NCBI GenBank assembly: GCA_951406725.2
Contig: OX597835.1
Span: 11,780,001 to 11,844,000 of the forward strand
Length of the DNA stretch: 64,000 nucleotides
Origin: Octopus vulgaris
Taxonomy: Eukaryota
Direction of reading: 5' to 3'
Below the pieces are notes generated by a model. It saw only the letters and a list, made by a program, of their open reading frames with translations, did not search any database and had not been told where the DNA came from. Shown here in pieces: positions 1 through 13,142 of this stretch (positions are counted from its first letter, which is position 1; every line of letters starts with the position of its first letter). Made by a program: the position numbers and the translations under genes.

Positions 1-331
1 TGTATTTATTCATTCCTATATTTCAGTCGACATATTGATAATATGATTAAGATAAGAGACCTGAAATATATTCAAATATCAACGGCATTGGCAACGCATC
101 CAAAATGTATTTATCGCTAACAAATCTATGTCGAAGCAAAGTAATATTTTTTTCATGAACAATATCTTATTGTTTTCTTTTATTTTTACCCGTTATTCCC
201 TGAAAACTTGCATTTAACTTCTCATCTTCCTATTTTTTCTTCTGTACACCCTCCATCTCTCCCTCCCTCTCTCTCTGTATCTATCTCTCTGTCTCTCTAA
301 ATACATATATATGTGTGTGTGACTGCGCACG

Positions 332-451
<120 letters not shown>

Positions 452-452
452 T

Positions 453-713
453 AACAATTGCAGCGTGGAAGGTGTTTGTAAGCCATTTAAGAAACACACA
501 AAAGCCGTTCGATTCACTTCAACATTTAAGTTTAATTTGTCAAAATATTTTCGTCGCTAAAATCCGCAACCTGTTCACTGACAAAATGTTGAAGTGAATC
601 GAACGGCTTTTGTGTGTTTCTTAAATGGCTTACAAACACCTTCCACGCTGCAATTGTTTTCGTTCCAGCACACGATCTCAGATCAAATCACTTGCTATGC
701 GAGTACATCTCCG

Positions 714-714
<1 letters not shown>
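453..714. mobile_element. Penelope-like pseudo-LTR fragment (family P1) with head-to-head inversion
   Basis: Perfect 75-bp inverted repeat 453-527/584-658 with a hammerhead-like motif in the loop; homologous to 18655-18871 and 32126-32270; (TA)n on both sides. Confidence 0.65.
536..585 (-). ncRNA. Hammerhead ribozyme-like motif, G3-C8 variant core
   Basis: Minus strand: TTTGTCA-GTGAACA-G-GTTGC-ggatttta-GCGAC-GAA-AATATT-T-TGACAAA; 7-bp stem I, 5-bp stem II with one G-U, palindromic stem III. Confidence 0.6.
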
Positions 715-765
<51 letters not shown>

Positions 766-904
766 AGAGAGAGAGACACACCGAGAGAGATATAACACAT
801 ATATATATATATATATATGTGTGTGTAGGTATATATATATACGCAAGTGACCATTAGAGAAACTCGATATACGAGTCCCATGTCAGTGAGATTTTCCAGC
901 TGGT

Positions 905-1061
905 CGCTACTTTCTGAGTTCAAATTTCCCCGATGTCGACCTTGCCTTTAAACCTTTCGGAGATCGATAATTTAAGTACCAGTTTCGTACTGGGGTTGAT
1001 CTAGTCGATTGGTGCCATCCCCCAAAATTTTCGGGCCTTGTGCCTAGAATAGAAGAGAATA
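905..1061 (+). mobile_element. SINE family C-related fragment
   Basis: GAGTTCAAAT B-box-like motif plus gccttt..ctttcgg..tcgataa..aagtaccag core shared with 23194-23426. Confidence 0.75.
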
Positions 1062-1421
1062 TATTCGTTGGCGTGGATGCCGTTATTTGTTTTGTCACAA
1101 AATTCATTGATTTGCTTTGTGTCTTTGTTGATCGTCAACTATTTTACTGCCTTATTACTGCATAATTTTTATTGCACCCCACCCACATACATACACGTGT
1201 GGTGGGGGTATGCATGTCTATGTGCGTATGTTATTTTACCGGCTTCAGTCATTGGATAGCCGTCATTAGACTTGTTAAAGGCGAAGCAACACGTAAAAGT
1301 CAAATCTGCGCTGATATCTGACATAAAAGTGTTTCATATATACTTAAAATATACTGCATACATGTTGAACGCCATACATTCCAAGACGTAATGTGGGACA
1401 CAGTAATACTTATATATGTGT

Positions 1422-1803
1422 GGAGGCGCAATGGCCCAGTGGTTAGGGCAGCGGACTCGTGGTCATAGGATCGCGGTTTCGATTCCCAGACCGGGCGTTG
1501 TGAGTGTTTATTGAGCGAAAACACCTAAAGCTCCACGAGGCTCCGGCAGGGGATGGTGGTGATCCCTGCTGTACTCTTTCACCACAGCTTTCTCTCACTC
1601 TTACTTCCTGTTTCTGTTGTACCTGTATTTCAAAGGGCCGGCCTTGTCACTCTCTGTGTCACGCTGAATATCCCCGAGAACTACGTAAAGGGTACACGTG
1701 TCTGTGGAGTGCTCAGCCACTTACATGTTAATTTCACGAGCAGGCTGTTCCGTTGATTCGGATCAACCGGAACCCTCATCGTCGTAACCGACGGAGTGCT
1801 TCC
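1422..1803 (+). mobile_element. tRNA-derived SINE family A, full length
   Basis: A box TGGCCCAGTGG, B box GTTTCGATTCC; near-identical to 14012, 42467 and 61290 copies; likely TSD TAATACTTATAT at 1404-1415/1806-1817. Confidence 0.92.
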
Positions 1804-2219
1804 CTTAATACTTATATGTGGAACTGTGAAATGGTAACTGCAGTGAAGCCCATAGTTCATATCATGCAAAATGTATAAACTTGTCACACATTGTATGATA
1901 CTGATTCTGCCGCGAATTATATTAAATAGACATATGTGTTTGGAATACTCAACCACTCACACGTTAATTTAATAAACAGGTAATTCATCTGATCGAAAAA
2001 CTGAGTCTTTATCGTCGCGACCGACGCAGACTCATTATTATAATTACCATATACAACAATCCACTTACACATTGATATTCATAAAAAATACTAGTCCGAA
2101 TGCATTAAACATGAATACACACACACACACACATACACACACATGCGTACACACACACGTACCCATACTATACACACACATAAACACACATGCACATAAA
2201 TACCCATATATATCTATAC

Positions 2220-2690
<471 letters not shown>

Positions 2691-4144
2691 TGTATATAGT
2701 TATCTATGTGTAATGCATGCATACACATAATAAAAGCCTATATAGGTGAGTATGTGCGTGTGTTTGTGCATGTTAAAATACACCTGTATATGCAGATATA
2801 TGATATATTGTTACTCAACGTTAATGTATTTTTTATTAATTAGGTTTAATGGTGCCTCTGTCAATAGGAAATGTGCACTTAGGTACATAAAGCACAATAT
2901 TCTGGTGTGAACATATATTTTGCTAAATTATCTCTCATTTTGTTTACTTTTAGTTAAATTAATGTACATAGTCTTTGAAATTATAGACATATCTGGACTT
3001 AATATTCTGCTGCTTGCAAATCTCAAATTCAGATTTTAGATGATGATACAGCTATTGGCAAATGGTTACCTGATTTAGGCTAATGTTAAATTCGGGTTCA
3101 GGCAAGTTCGAATCTAGGAAGCAATCTTGTTGAAACCCGTAGATATCTCTACGATAATCGAACAAGCCATCGTTGGTACAATGAAAAAAATCCAAATGCA
3201 AATACCATTGTTGTAAGGGCTGACTTTTTGTTTGATTAACAACCAAATGAACCAATTATGTAACACAAGAATATTAGGTGATCCTGTTAATTGGCAGGAT
3301 TATGGGCAGAGCATCCAATTATAAGACATCGGTTGCCAAAGAAAAATATATAAAAAAAAAACAGGCTGGTATTTTGAGTAAATGCTCGTAATTTCAACTT
3401 GTCTGCCTCTACCCGTCTGTCAACTTTTAGGACTACCTTGCAAGTGCGTTGACCTGAAATGCACAATCTTCGCTCCCATAGTGGTGATAAGGGTAACTAT
3501 AGTTGCTACTTGGAGTTGTATATTATAGGTTATATCTACAGAAACTCATATAAAAGAAACCACAAATCTTCGGATCCTTCAGTGAAATTCAGTAAAATCT
3601 ACCATGTTCCATACAGATGAGACAATGTGACAATATTCATCTTGATAATATTTATGTACAACGAAGTCAGTGAAGTAATGGTCTCAACAAAGAAAAAGGA
3701 TTTGAAACTGTAGAACCACGGGAGAGAAGCAACTGAATTTGGAAGTTAAATTACTCGATTGTTGACAAAGGAAAAATAAAAAAGACCTGAATTTTATTTA
3801 ATTCCTTTTGCAGGAAATACTGCTTCGGCCGGGTCATTTTCTGCCCTTACCTTCGAAACACGCATTGAGTCGAACCAGGGGCAGCTGATGAAGGGGAATT
3901 TTCCTTGTATTGTTTGTCTTGTACTCTGTTTTTTTGTTGTTAAAAAAAGTCCGTTTCCTTGTTTGATTTTATGTTTTCGTTTCTCGTTGTGTTCTACGTT
4001 TATTTGTGGTGTCCTGTACTCATATATGCATGTATATATACATATAGATGTATGTACATATATGTATGTATATATGCATATGTTTTATTTATTATATTGT
4101 TATTATATGACCGAACGCACGCGTTGTTTTCTCTTCTCCAAGTA

Positions 4145-4490
<346 letters not shown>

Positions 4491-5495
4491 TTCACACACG
4501 TTGTCTTCTCTTTTCATATATATATATGAAAGAAATTAATAACGCCCTGTTGAAGCCGTCATGAAAAATCGCGTGTTTCCACCTTTCCGTCATAAATCTA
4601 TATTTTATTATTTGCAACTCTGAAGTCCCAGCCACGATTTACGGATCCTTTTACGCATTCGGACGTAGAGTTTCATCCGCGTGTCAGATTTGTTATACAT
4701 GCATCGATCACTAGGATAAACTCAGGTGGTGGTGAATGTTTTTCGGGGAGTGTTTTGGAGGTCTTCTGAATATTTAACTAACGCAACAACATTTTGAGTT
4801 ATAAAATCTCTAGTGTATAACACACTGGCACTTAAAATAACCATGGCTTTGTATTTGAATATTCTGGCGGCAGATATATTTTGCTGAACCAGGTATCGTC
4901 TGCCGTCTAGTAGAAAATGTTTTGATATTTGCCATTTCTGTTGTGTTTATGCTGCCGAGCTACAGGTGTTGTTTTCATTTTATGAGTTATTAATTACATT
5001 ATTACGACAAGTATGCTCAGCAATAATTGATTGATGCTTAAAATAATGATTTAATTATCCGCGTAGTTTATTTTTTGTGTGAATTCATCTGTAATGTAGA
5101 AATATGTAAAAACATTATACGTTCCTACACGCAATTTGATAGATACGTTTTTTTTTTTCCTATTCGTATAGCATCCAAGATGAATTTTAAGTATATTTTA
5201 ACTCTTTGGTGTTTTTCCTTTGGTATTTGTGAATTTAATTCTTATTATTTCTTTTTTTATTTTCTTTCTCTTCTTTGTATTCGTTATTGCAAACTCTACT
5301 GAAGTGCTTATAATTCTATTTTTCAATATGTATTTTCCTCACCGTTTTTGACATAATTTAAAATTGGTTTCCTTGCCTACCGCTTTTGTATACAAGCGAT
5401 ATTTTAAAATGTGCTACTGGTGTCACTTCCGGTGAAATCGTTAGCGTGAACTTGTGCCCAAATAGCTGTTTCGTACAAGTTTACGATATCATCGA

Positions 5496-5945
5496 TACTC
5501 TCTCCAACGCCACCGGGAGCGCTACATCATTTGTGTGATGTGGAAAATATTCCATCAATATTGCACAAATGATGTTGGCATCAATTTTAGAATCCACCCA
5601 AGACTTAGCCCCCGTGCTATCCGCCTACCCGCCTACTACAAAGATCGAACTCAGGACACATAACAACATTATGTCACAACTACATTATCTCAACCGGTCT
5701 AACTCTCTATAATACCATACCAAAATACGTCAAAGGGGAAACGGATCCCATAAAATTCAAAAGTTCACTGGACAAATTTCTTCAAAAAATCTCGGACCAA
5801 CATCCTACACCCGGATATGTCTCCAACAATAATAACTCTTTGCTAGAGTGTGCCAAGTGTCCTATATATGACTAAAACACTTCACCGGGTGGTGATATTA
5901 AGTTAGACACAGCCTGGGCCTATACTAGCCTAAACCTCTCAAAGT
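5496..5945 (+). mobile_element. 3' end of CR1-group LINE (decayed ORF2 C-terminus)
   Basis: Translates YSLQRHRERYIICVMWKIF...HPRL and GLTLYNTIPKYVKGETDPIKFKSSLDKFLQKISDQHPTPGYV..NNSLL, resembling CR1/L2-group ORF2 tails. Confidence 0.7.
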
Positions 5946-6374
5946 TATATGAACAAGTGTTGAAGGAGAAACTAAACATACACCTATACATACATATACA
6001 AACTTGTATACATATGCACATTCATATACCGATGTATACAGTGATATGCTAACCACTACTCATGTACGAATAAAAAACATATATGCACATGTACATTAAC
6101 ACATTCATATTTTTATATAATGTTCTACCTTACCACAACGGGTTTAAGGTATTTCATGGTGTCACCTGGGCTCTAGTTTGGTAACTCGTTCATCTAGATC
6201 GGTGTATCTTTTGAAAAGCATTATGTGTGTGTGCGCACGTATGTGTGTGTGTGTGTGGGGGGGTGAGAGTGTGTGAATAATGGACATAATGAGTTGTTTG
6301 AAGTCTATGTAGAAATGCTTGAAACACAAGGTATGCATTAACTGCTTACGTGACACTAAGTCATAAACGGTTAT

Positions 6375-6404
<30 letters not shown>

Positions 6405-6412
<8 letters not shown>

Positions 6413-6611
6413 GTTGTATACTGTCAATCTAACAAGAACGTAACAGTAGGGGGTACACCACCGTTGTATAGCCCTAGGAGGCATCGAACGCCTCCTAGGA
6501 CTATACAACGGTGGTGTACCCCTACTGTCACGTTCTTGTTAGATTGACAGTATACAACCATTCTATCGCCCCACCAACGTACAGGTCTCCACGAAAGATT
6601 TAGAAATTCAA

Positions 6612-6615
<4 letters not shown>
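6405..6615. repeat. Near-perfect ~78-bp fold-back with one-sided extension, inserted in (TA)n
   Basis: Arms 6405-6482 and 6490-6566, 7-nt loop ATCGAAC, two mismatches and one indel. Confidence 0.9.
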
Positions 6616-6678
<63 letters not shown>

Positions 6679-7073
6679 ATATATATATATATATGTATGT
6701 ATATGTATATATTATTGCTACTAGTTTTATCAACCTTTAACTGAATTGAGTCTTTGTTTAGAATATTCAGGAAAAACTTAAACAATTCTTTTTAAACAGA
6801 CAATTAAACGGTAATCTATCTTAAACAAGGTAAAGAATAAAATTGTTTCATAGGCTTAGAATTAAGTGGACCTGCGCAGCAGTTATAGATATTTATTGAG
6901 GTTCTGTTGAGTCTATCTCATATTTTTGGGGCGGTGTCACTAAGTGTTACACAGAGCAGATACATCATACTTATGAGACTATGTGTGTGATCTAAGGGAG
7001 TCTTAGCAACTATTTCTATTTGGTCGAGCCACCATGTGGCGAAATGTTGGTGTCAATAATGTAAATAGTAAAG

Positions 7074-7402
7074 GGGTAAAGACCCCCTTCGGTCATGAAT
7101 GACCATGGGATTGCACCTAGAAAGGTGCCCTCCTAGACACAAGTCCGGGCAAGGTTGTTTATGGAAGACCAGCAGTCGCCCATGCATACCAGCCTCCCCT
7201 CTCCACACCACCAGTGTTATCCAAGGGAAAGACAAAGGTCGATACAGCTTGGCACCAGTGACGTCGCAACTCATTTCTACAGCTGAGTGAACTGGAGCAA
7301 CGTGAAATAAAGTGCTTTGCTCAAGAACACAACACGCATCCCGGTCCGGGATTCGAGCTCACAACCTCACGATCGTAAGCTCGATGCTCTAACCACTGAG
7401 CC
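7074..7402 (-). mobile_element. tRNA-derived SINE family D
   Basis: Reverse-complement homolog of 13143-13476; tRNA head GGCTCAGTGGTTAGAGCA...TCGAATCCC. Confidence 0.9.
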
Positions 7403-8667
7403 AGACAAGAAATGGCTGACTTGGAATAACATCGGACAAAAGTTCTTCCCGCATTTATTACCATTGATTAAGCTCTGATTTCAAATCAGGTCGAGTTCAA
7501 CATTGTTTTTCATCGTTCCGATGTAATAAAACACGGTACCAGTCAAATACGCCGGTCGATATAATTTACCGCATTGTGTTTATGCTAGAAATACCAATAT
7601 TATATTGAAATCATTCATTCACTGGTATACAAGATATTTGGTTTTGTGCCTGTTTGAAAGAAATATGCTGAAGTCAGCGAAATGGAATTACTTTTAATTT
7701 CGGTTAAAATAAAAGCTAAAATAAAAAAGTAAAAACTTTTACTCACTTTTACAGCCTCATGAAAGATGCTTTCTGATAGGTCTCTTGATTTATTTAAAAT
7801 AATAACGAAATAAAGTAAAACAGCGAAAGCAGAAAAGAATCAAAGAATATATAGTTTATTTGGAAAATTGATGCAGTCGACAAGAAATTAGTTTCTTATG
7901 GAACCATTGATCATAATCGATTTTCTGGAAGATATTGCAGTAATGGCGACAAGTATTGCTGAAATACAACACGGATTGGAATAACATTCGAGGTCGGCTT
8001 CTTATCAGAAAAGGCAAAGCTATGTAAACAAAAACCAAAAAAAAAAAAAACCAAAAAAAAAAACCGAAGAAAAGAAATTAAATTTCCACCATCTTGCGAT
8101 AAGAAATTTTATAAGCTATCATCAAACTCTTTGTAATATAAGTACAATGTTTCCCTTCGAAAAATATCGAAGTGATTAACTCTATCATATGTAATTTCTG
8201 ATTAGTTGCAGATGGCTAAGCTGACAGTCTGCATCTTATAGCAAACAAAATGTCAGACGGTCATATTACGTTTCAAGGTGTTCAGTTGAGCCTAATTTCT
8301 TTTGTGTGTTGTTGTTATTATAGCGACAGGCTCTGACATTTTGTTGGTTTACATAGAATCAGTGTTTGACTGGTACTAATTTCACCAACACCGAAAGGAA
8401 ACCACGACAAGAATTGAACATCGAACGTCAGGTCGGCAGAACTGTTACTTAGCTCTTTTTCTAGTGTGCTAACGATTCTGCCAGTTCATTACCTTACTTT
8501 TATCTAGTTTATACAAGTTCACGTTACTGTAAATGTTTTCTGTGATAAACCGAAACTCGATATATAGCAGTTGACTTAGGAAGCAGTTTTTTTTTTCCTG
8601 GAAATTCTGATTTACAATATTTGTGTGTGTTTGTGTGTACGTATATATATATATATATATATATATA

Positions 8668-8902
8668 GCGGGAAGCTTTATGAAAATAGACAAAAGACGA
8701 AGGCAGGTTTACGGAAATAAACAAAAGACGAAGGCAGGTGGAATACAAACAAACAATTGTATTAGTATGGCGCTCAGGAAATATAAATAAAACAAGTCTT
8801 TAACGTTTCGAGCCTACGCTCTTCATCAGAAAGATACACAGAGAAAAAACACAGAAAGAAGGAGAGAAAAAAATGCGTGCAGAGGCTAACGAATCAACAT
8901 GG

Positions 8903-8905
<3 letters not shown>
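8668..8905 (-). mobile_element. Penelope-like pseudo-LTR (family P2) carrying a hammerhead
   Basis: Homologous to 18360-18520, 28770-28860, 34895-35050, 58360-58470; (TA)n both sides; short internal tandem duplication of acaaaagacgaaggcaggt. Confidence 0.65.
8797..8834 (-). ncRNA. Minimal type I hammerhead ribozyme
   Basis: Minus strand: TCTTT-CTGATGA-A-GAGC-gtag-GCTC-GAA-ACGT-T-AAAGA; intact core, loopless palindromic stem III. Confidence 0.8.
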
Positions 8906-8972
<67 letters not shown>

Positions 8973-9289
8973 ACATGTGTATGTGAGTGTGTACCGAAAG
9001 TGAGTTTGGAGGGATATATTGTCCAAGGGTATACCGTATTAGCTTTTTGTTTGGTTTCCGATACCACAACGGTCAGTATCCAATGTCCGTGCCTACAACA
9101 AGTTTTTCGTCACTGGTGAATTCTTCAGTTGGCCAATTCCGTACGTCCTACTCAGAACTGTGAAGGTTCTTTAGTGTGCATAATAATATTAATTACGATA
9201 ATAAGGGGTATGTTTACTTGCCCTTCCACAATATTTATTTTAGCAATATTTTGGAAATGAAAGAAGCGCGTAAAACATGTGTGTGTGTG

Positions 9290-9520
9290 TTTGAGTGTTT
9301 GTGAGAGAGAGTGTACCTTTGTACCTGCATTTGTTTGCCATCACCGCTTTAAGCCGGTGTTGGTTTATTTACATCCTCGTAACTTAGCAGTTCGGGAAAA
9401 AGACAACAGAATAAGTACCGGGCTTAACAAAAGTAACTACTGGGGTAGATTTGTTCGACTATAGTTTTTCGAAACGATGAACCAGCACGACCGCAATCTA
9501 GTAACTGAAACAACTACAAG
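9290..9520 (+). mobile_element. SINE family B, decayed 3' half
   Basis: cgtaacttagcagttcgg...agaataagtacc core shared with 14983-15419. Confidence 0.7.
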
Positions 9521-9527
9521 GAAATAG

Positions 9528-9570
<43 letters not shown>

Positions 9571-9608
9571 TGATCAAAATAAAATAAAAACATGATGCGA
9601 AGGATACA

Positions 9609-9686
9609 GCGGTACATATGTTTCGGGCCTTTATTAGACAGATTTATAACAAAGCATAATGTATGTCTGTGGCCTTCTTCAGCCGC
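9609..9686 (-). ncRNA. Type I hammerhead ribozyme with long stem II
   Basis: Minus strand: GCGG-CTGAAGA-aGGCC...GGCCc-GAA-ACATATGT-A-CCGC; GUA site; A-C mismatch at the base of stem II. Confidence 0.7.
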
Positions 9687-9799
9687 GCACAACAGCTTCC
9701 ACAAGGACATGTGTTACATCAAAAATTCTTGAACGAGAGGATTTGCATCCCCAACCAAGATTATTTTTCTCTTCTTTCAGATATCAAAACATGAAAACC

Positions 9800-10870
9800 T
9801 TGGATATTTTCTTATGGAGACATATAGCAAGTTCCCAGCAAACTAAAATTGTAGAATTTTATTTTGAAAATGGATGGTCCCTTGTGCACACACAAAGATT
9901 GTCCATGTGCCATGAAAGAAGAAGGAACCCGCCCTTTAAACTCGGCAATTATTTGTATCTAAATCAATGACTTACCGCAAGTTGGAAGACTATGTTGCCT
10001 CGGAATGCCGGAAACCAGGGATAGCGTTGGACAAAGCATTCAGGAAGTTCCCACATCATCCACTGGACGCGGTTCCTGTGAGCTTCATATGCTTTTTTAT
10101 ATCTTCTTTTATACTATTACTTGTTTCAATCATTTGACTGCAGCCACGCTGGAGCACCGCCTTCAAGCATTTTTAGTCCAGCAAATCGCCCTCGGGACGT
10201 ATTTCTTAAGCCTAGTGTTTATTATATCGGTATTTTTTGCCGAACCGTTAAGTTACGGGAGCGTAAGCACACCACAATCAGTTGTCAAGCGGTGATGGGG
10301 GACAAACGCTGACACAAACACACACACACACACACACACACACATATGTATATATATATATATATATATATACGACGGGCTTCTTACAGTTTCCGTCTAT
10401 CAAATCCACTCACAAGTCTTTGGTCGACCCGAGGCTATGGTAGAAGACACTCAAAGCGGCATGCAGTGGGACTGAACCCTTGACTATGAGGTTGGTAAGC
10501 AAGCTACGTACAACAGCCATGCCCAATACTGAAAATCTTAGAGCAATTTTTCTCCCCAGTTATTGAGTACATCCTGGCAGTTTGGTGATAGCAAGATGGT
10601 GACTGCCAGAGATTTCGCAGCTCCAAAGAAGCTTGTTTGGTGAAAGAATAATTTCAAGGACGGCAAAATTCAAATGGCCACTAGATTCTACTAATCTAAC
10701 CACACCAATATTTTTTCTGTCAGGTTGCCTAAAAGATCATATATACGTCAATAAATTCCGCAATATCCTGCAAATTATGGACAATATTCGAACAGAAATT
10801 CGTGCCCTGGGACGTAACATGCTGACACGTCACTGAAAGTAGAACTGAAATGGCGTGCATTTATGAAGGG
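9800..10870 (+). mobile_element. Decayed Tc1/mariner transposase (DUF4817-type N-terminus) interrupted by a SINE B
   Basis: QQTKIVEFYFENGWSLVHTQR (HTH N-terminus), QDG near 10593, FGERIISRTAKFKWPLDSTNLTTPIFFLSGCLKDHIYVNK resembling the WPPRSPDLTPLDFFLWGYLK motif. Confidence 0.8.
10117..10524 (-). mobile_element. SINE family B
   Basis: Reverse-complement homolog of 14983-15419 with internal (CA)/(TA) tract. Confidence 0.88.
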
Positions 10871-11049
10871 ACAAATGAAGGATATTAATGTTACATCATC
10901 TTGCATAATTAAACTTTCAAAATTTAATTGGTATTTTGCCATTTACAACAGCGTTCTTTCAGAAACAAATGAATATTAACAAATCATTCAGTTTTTAAAT
11001 GGTTGCGTGACATCTCTCTATCCCCTCTCTCTCTTTCTTTCTTTGTATA

Positions 11050-11540
<491 letters not shown>

Positions 11541-11559
11541 TGTAACGGATGGCTAATCC

Positions 11560-12200
11560 TACTTAACAATGCATTGTAAAGCTAACGTCCATACCAAAAA
11601 TCAATACATAGAGGCGGGGCGAGCGTTGAATATGTCCCCCCACTGAAAGTTGCATGCAACCTTGTTAAGGGTTTCATTAGCGTGAATTGTTGAGTTCTGG
11701 TAAACATGAAAAAAACATGAGGAGGATATCAGTTTTCTGTATTCTGATACCATTCTGGAAATAATGTTGGCACCACGTTGGAAAAACACAATACAATTAG
11801 CATTCGTTGTGTAAGGGAATAACGTAACACTCAAGGAAAGTTTAATCAATAGAAAATAGTTGGATGCTCAACCATTTACCGGGCCTTTTTGCATCAAATA
11901 TTCTTTCTTTTTTTTTTTAAATATTTTTAATGGATTCAATCAGCGGACGTTAGAACTGCTGGAGCACAAATTTTGCTAATACAGGCCTTAGAACCCCCTT
12001 CAGTCCGGTACAAATTTTCTTTATGTCTATTTGTGAAAGTGTTAGAACGTTGGACGAGATGGTTTGTAGGATCTATTTCAGTTCTGTGCACATTGAGTTT
12101 AGAGCCCATTCCGAAGGAGCAAACCTCCTGTCGACATTTGTGACGGTTAGAAGGTATCATAAACATTAACATGCAAAGGACCGACTCCCACATTCACCAC
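11560..12200 (-). mobile_element. Possible highly decayed mariner transposase
   Basis: Weak resemblance of ISKICAPAVLT and HVYQNSTIHANETL..FQW to mariner KICARWVP and HDNARPH..W motifs. Confidence 0.3.
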
Positions 12201-12219
12201 TCCCGGCACCACCACTACC

Positions 12220-12250
<31 letters not shown>

Positions 12251-12859
12251 TGTATGTATGTCCTAGGTATGACATTAAACTGCATCCGATGGTGAAGCTC
12301 CAATTCGGGAGTTCTGTATTTGTGGGGAAAATGACGTCATCCCATAATTATCATATTTCCAGATCCGTTCTGATCCGTAAAGGATGTACCTGCCCCTGGT
12401 TCCTGCGATGGGTTAAATAGAATTGCCATGGTTAGAAGAGTGGCCTGTTATTTTTGACAAAGCCGTGGGAAAGGCAGCTCTTCTGGGACAAAACTATTCT
12501 GACTACCAAATTGCAGTCAAAGTAGAATGCTTCTCAGTTGAACCTACAATAGCGAAGTGGCATAGAGTATGGCAAAAGTGCTGTGCAGTCTTTTGTCTCT
12601 AAAATCTAGAGATGTGCGGATGTCTCGCTATCATTTCATTATATTGATCCGTTTTGTATTTTATATATGTTGATAGAAGCATGGCGTGAGAAGTCATATC
12701 CGCTCACAAGCAAAAACGGAAGTAAATCAGCACAATGATGAAGTAAGTCAGCTATCAATGACAAGATAAGGCAATCATCATGATGTATGTATGTGTGTAT
12801 GTATGTATGTATGTATGTATGTATGTATGTATGTATGTATGTATGTATACATGTCTCTT

Positions 12860-13110
12860 CTATTTTTTAATTATTATAAATCTTCCATTGAGGAGGGAGC
12901 CGGTCTCCAACAAAGAAACAAGACTCCATCTTTAGGATGTAGTTAACACAAATAAATTCATATTTAGAACTTAAGAAAAGTCTTGCATGTTTTTACTGTT
13001 CCACTCACAGATTGCATTTGTAATGTACGAATCAGCCGGTCGATTTCTCTTTCTGAAAATCCCTATTTACCCAGATTCTCCTTGAAGCATTTACTAACAA
13101 AATCTTGTGC
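12860..13110 (-). mobile_element. 3' end of R4/Dong-like (RLE) LINE
   Basis: Translates FVSKCFKENLGK*GFSEREIDRLIRTLQMQSVSGTVKTCKTFLKF*, resembling RLE-LINE C-termini. Confidence 0.55.
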
Positions 13111-13142
13111 TCCTAGCGTATGTATGTATGTATGTATGTGAA

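Noticed and set aside
1553-1756. Recurrent 67-aa MVVIPAVLFHH ORF (also 14144, 42597, 61337)
   Set aside because: Lies within SINE family A; similarity reflects repeat copies, not a gene family
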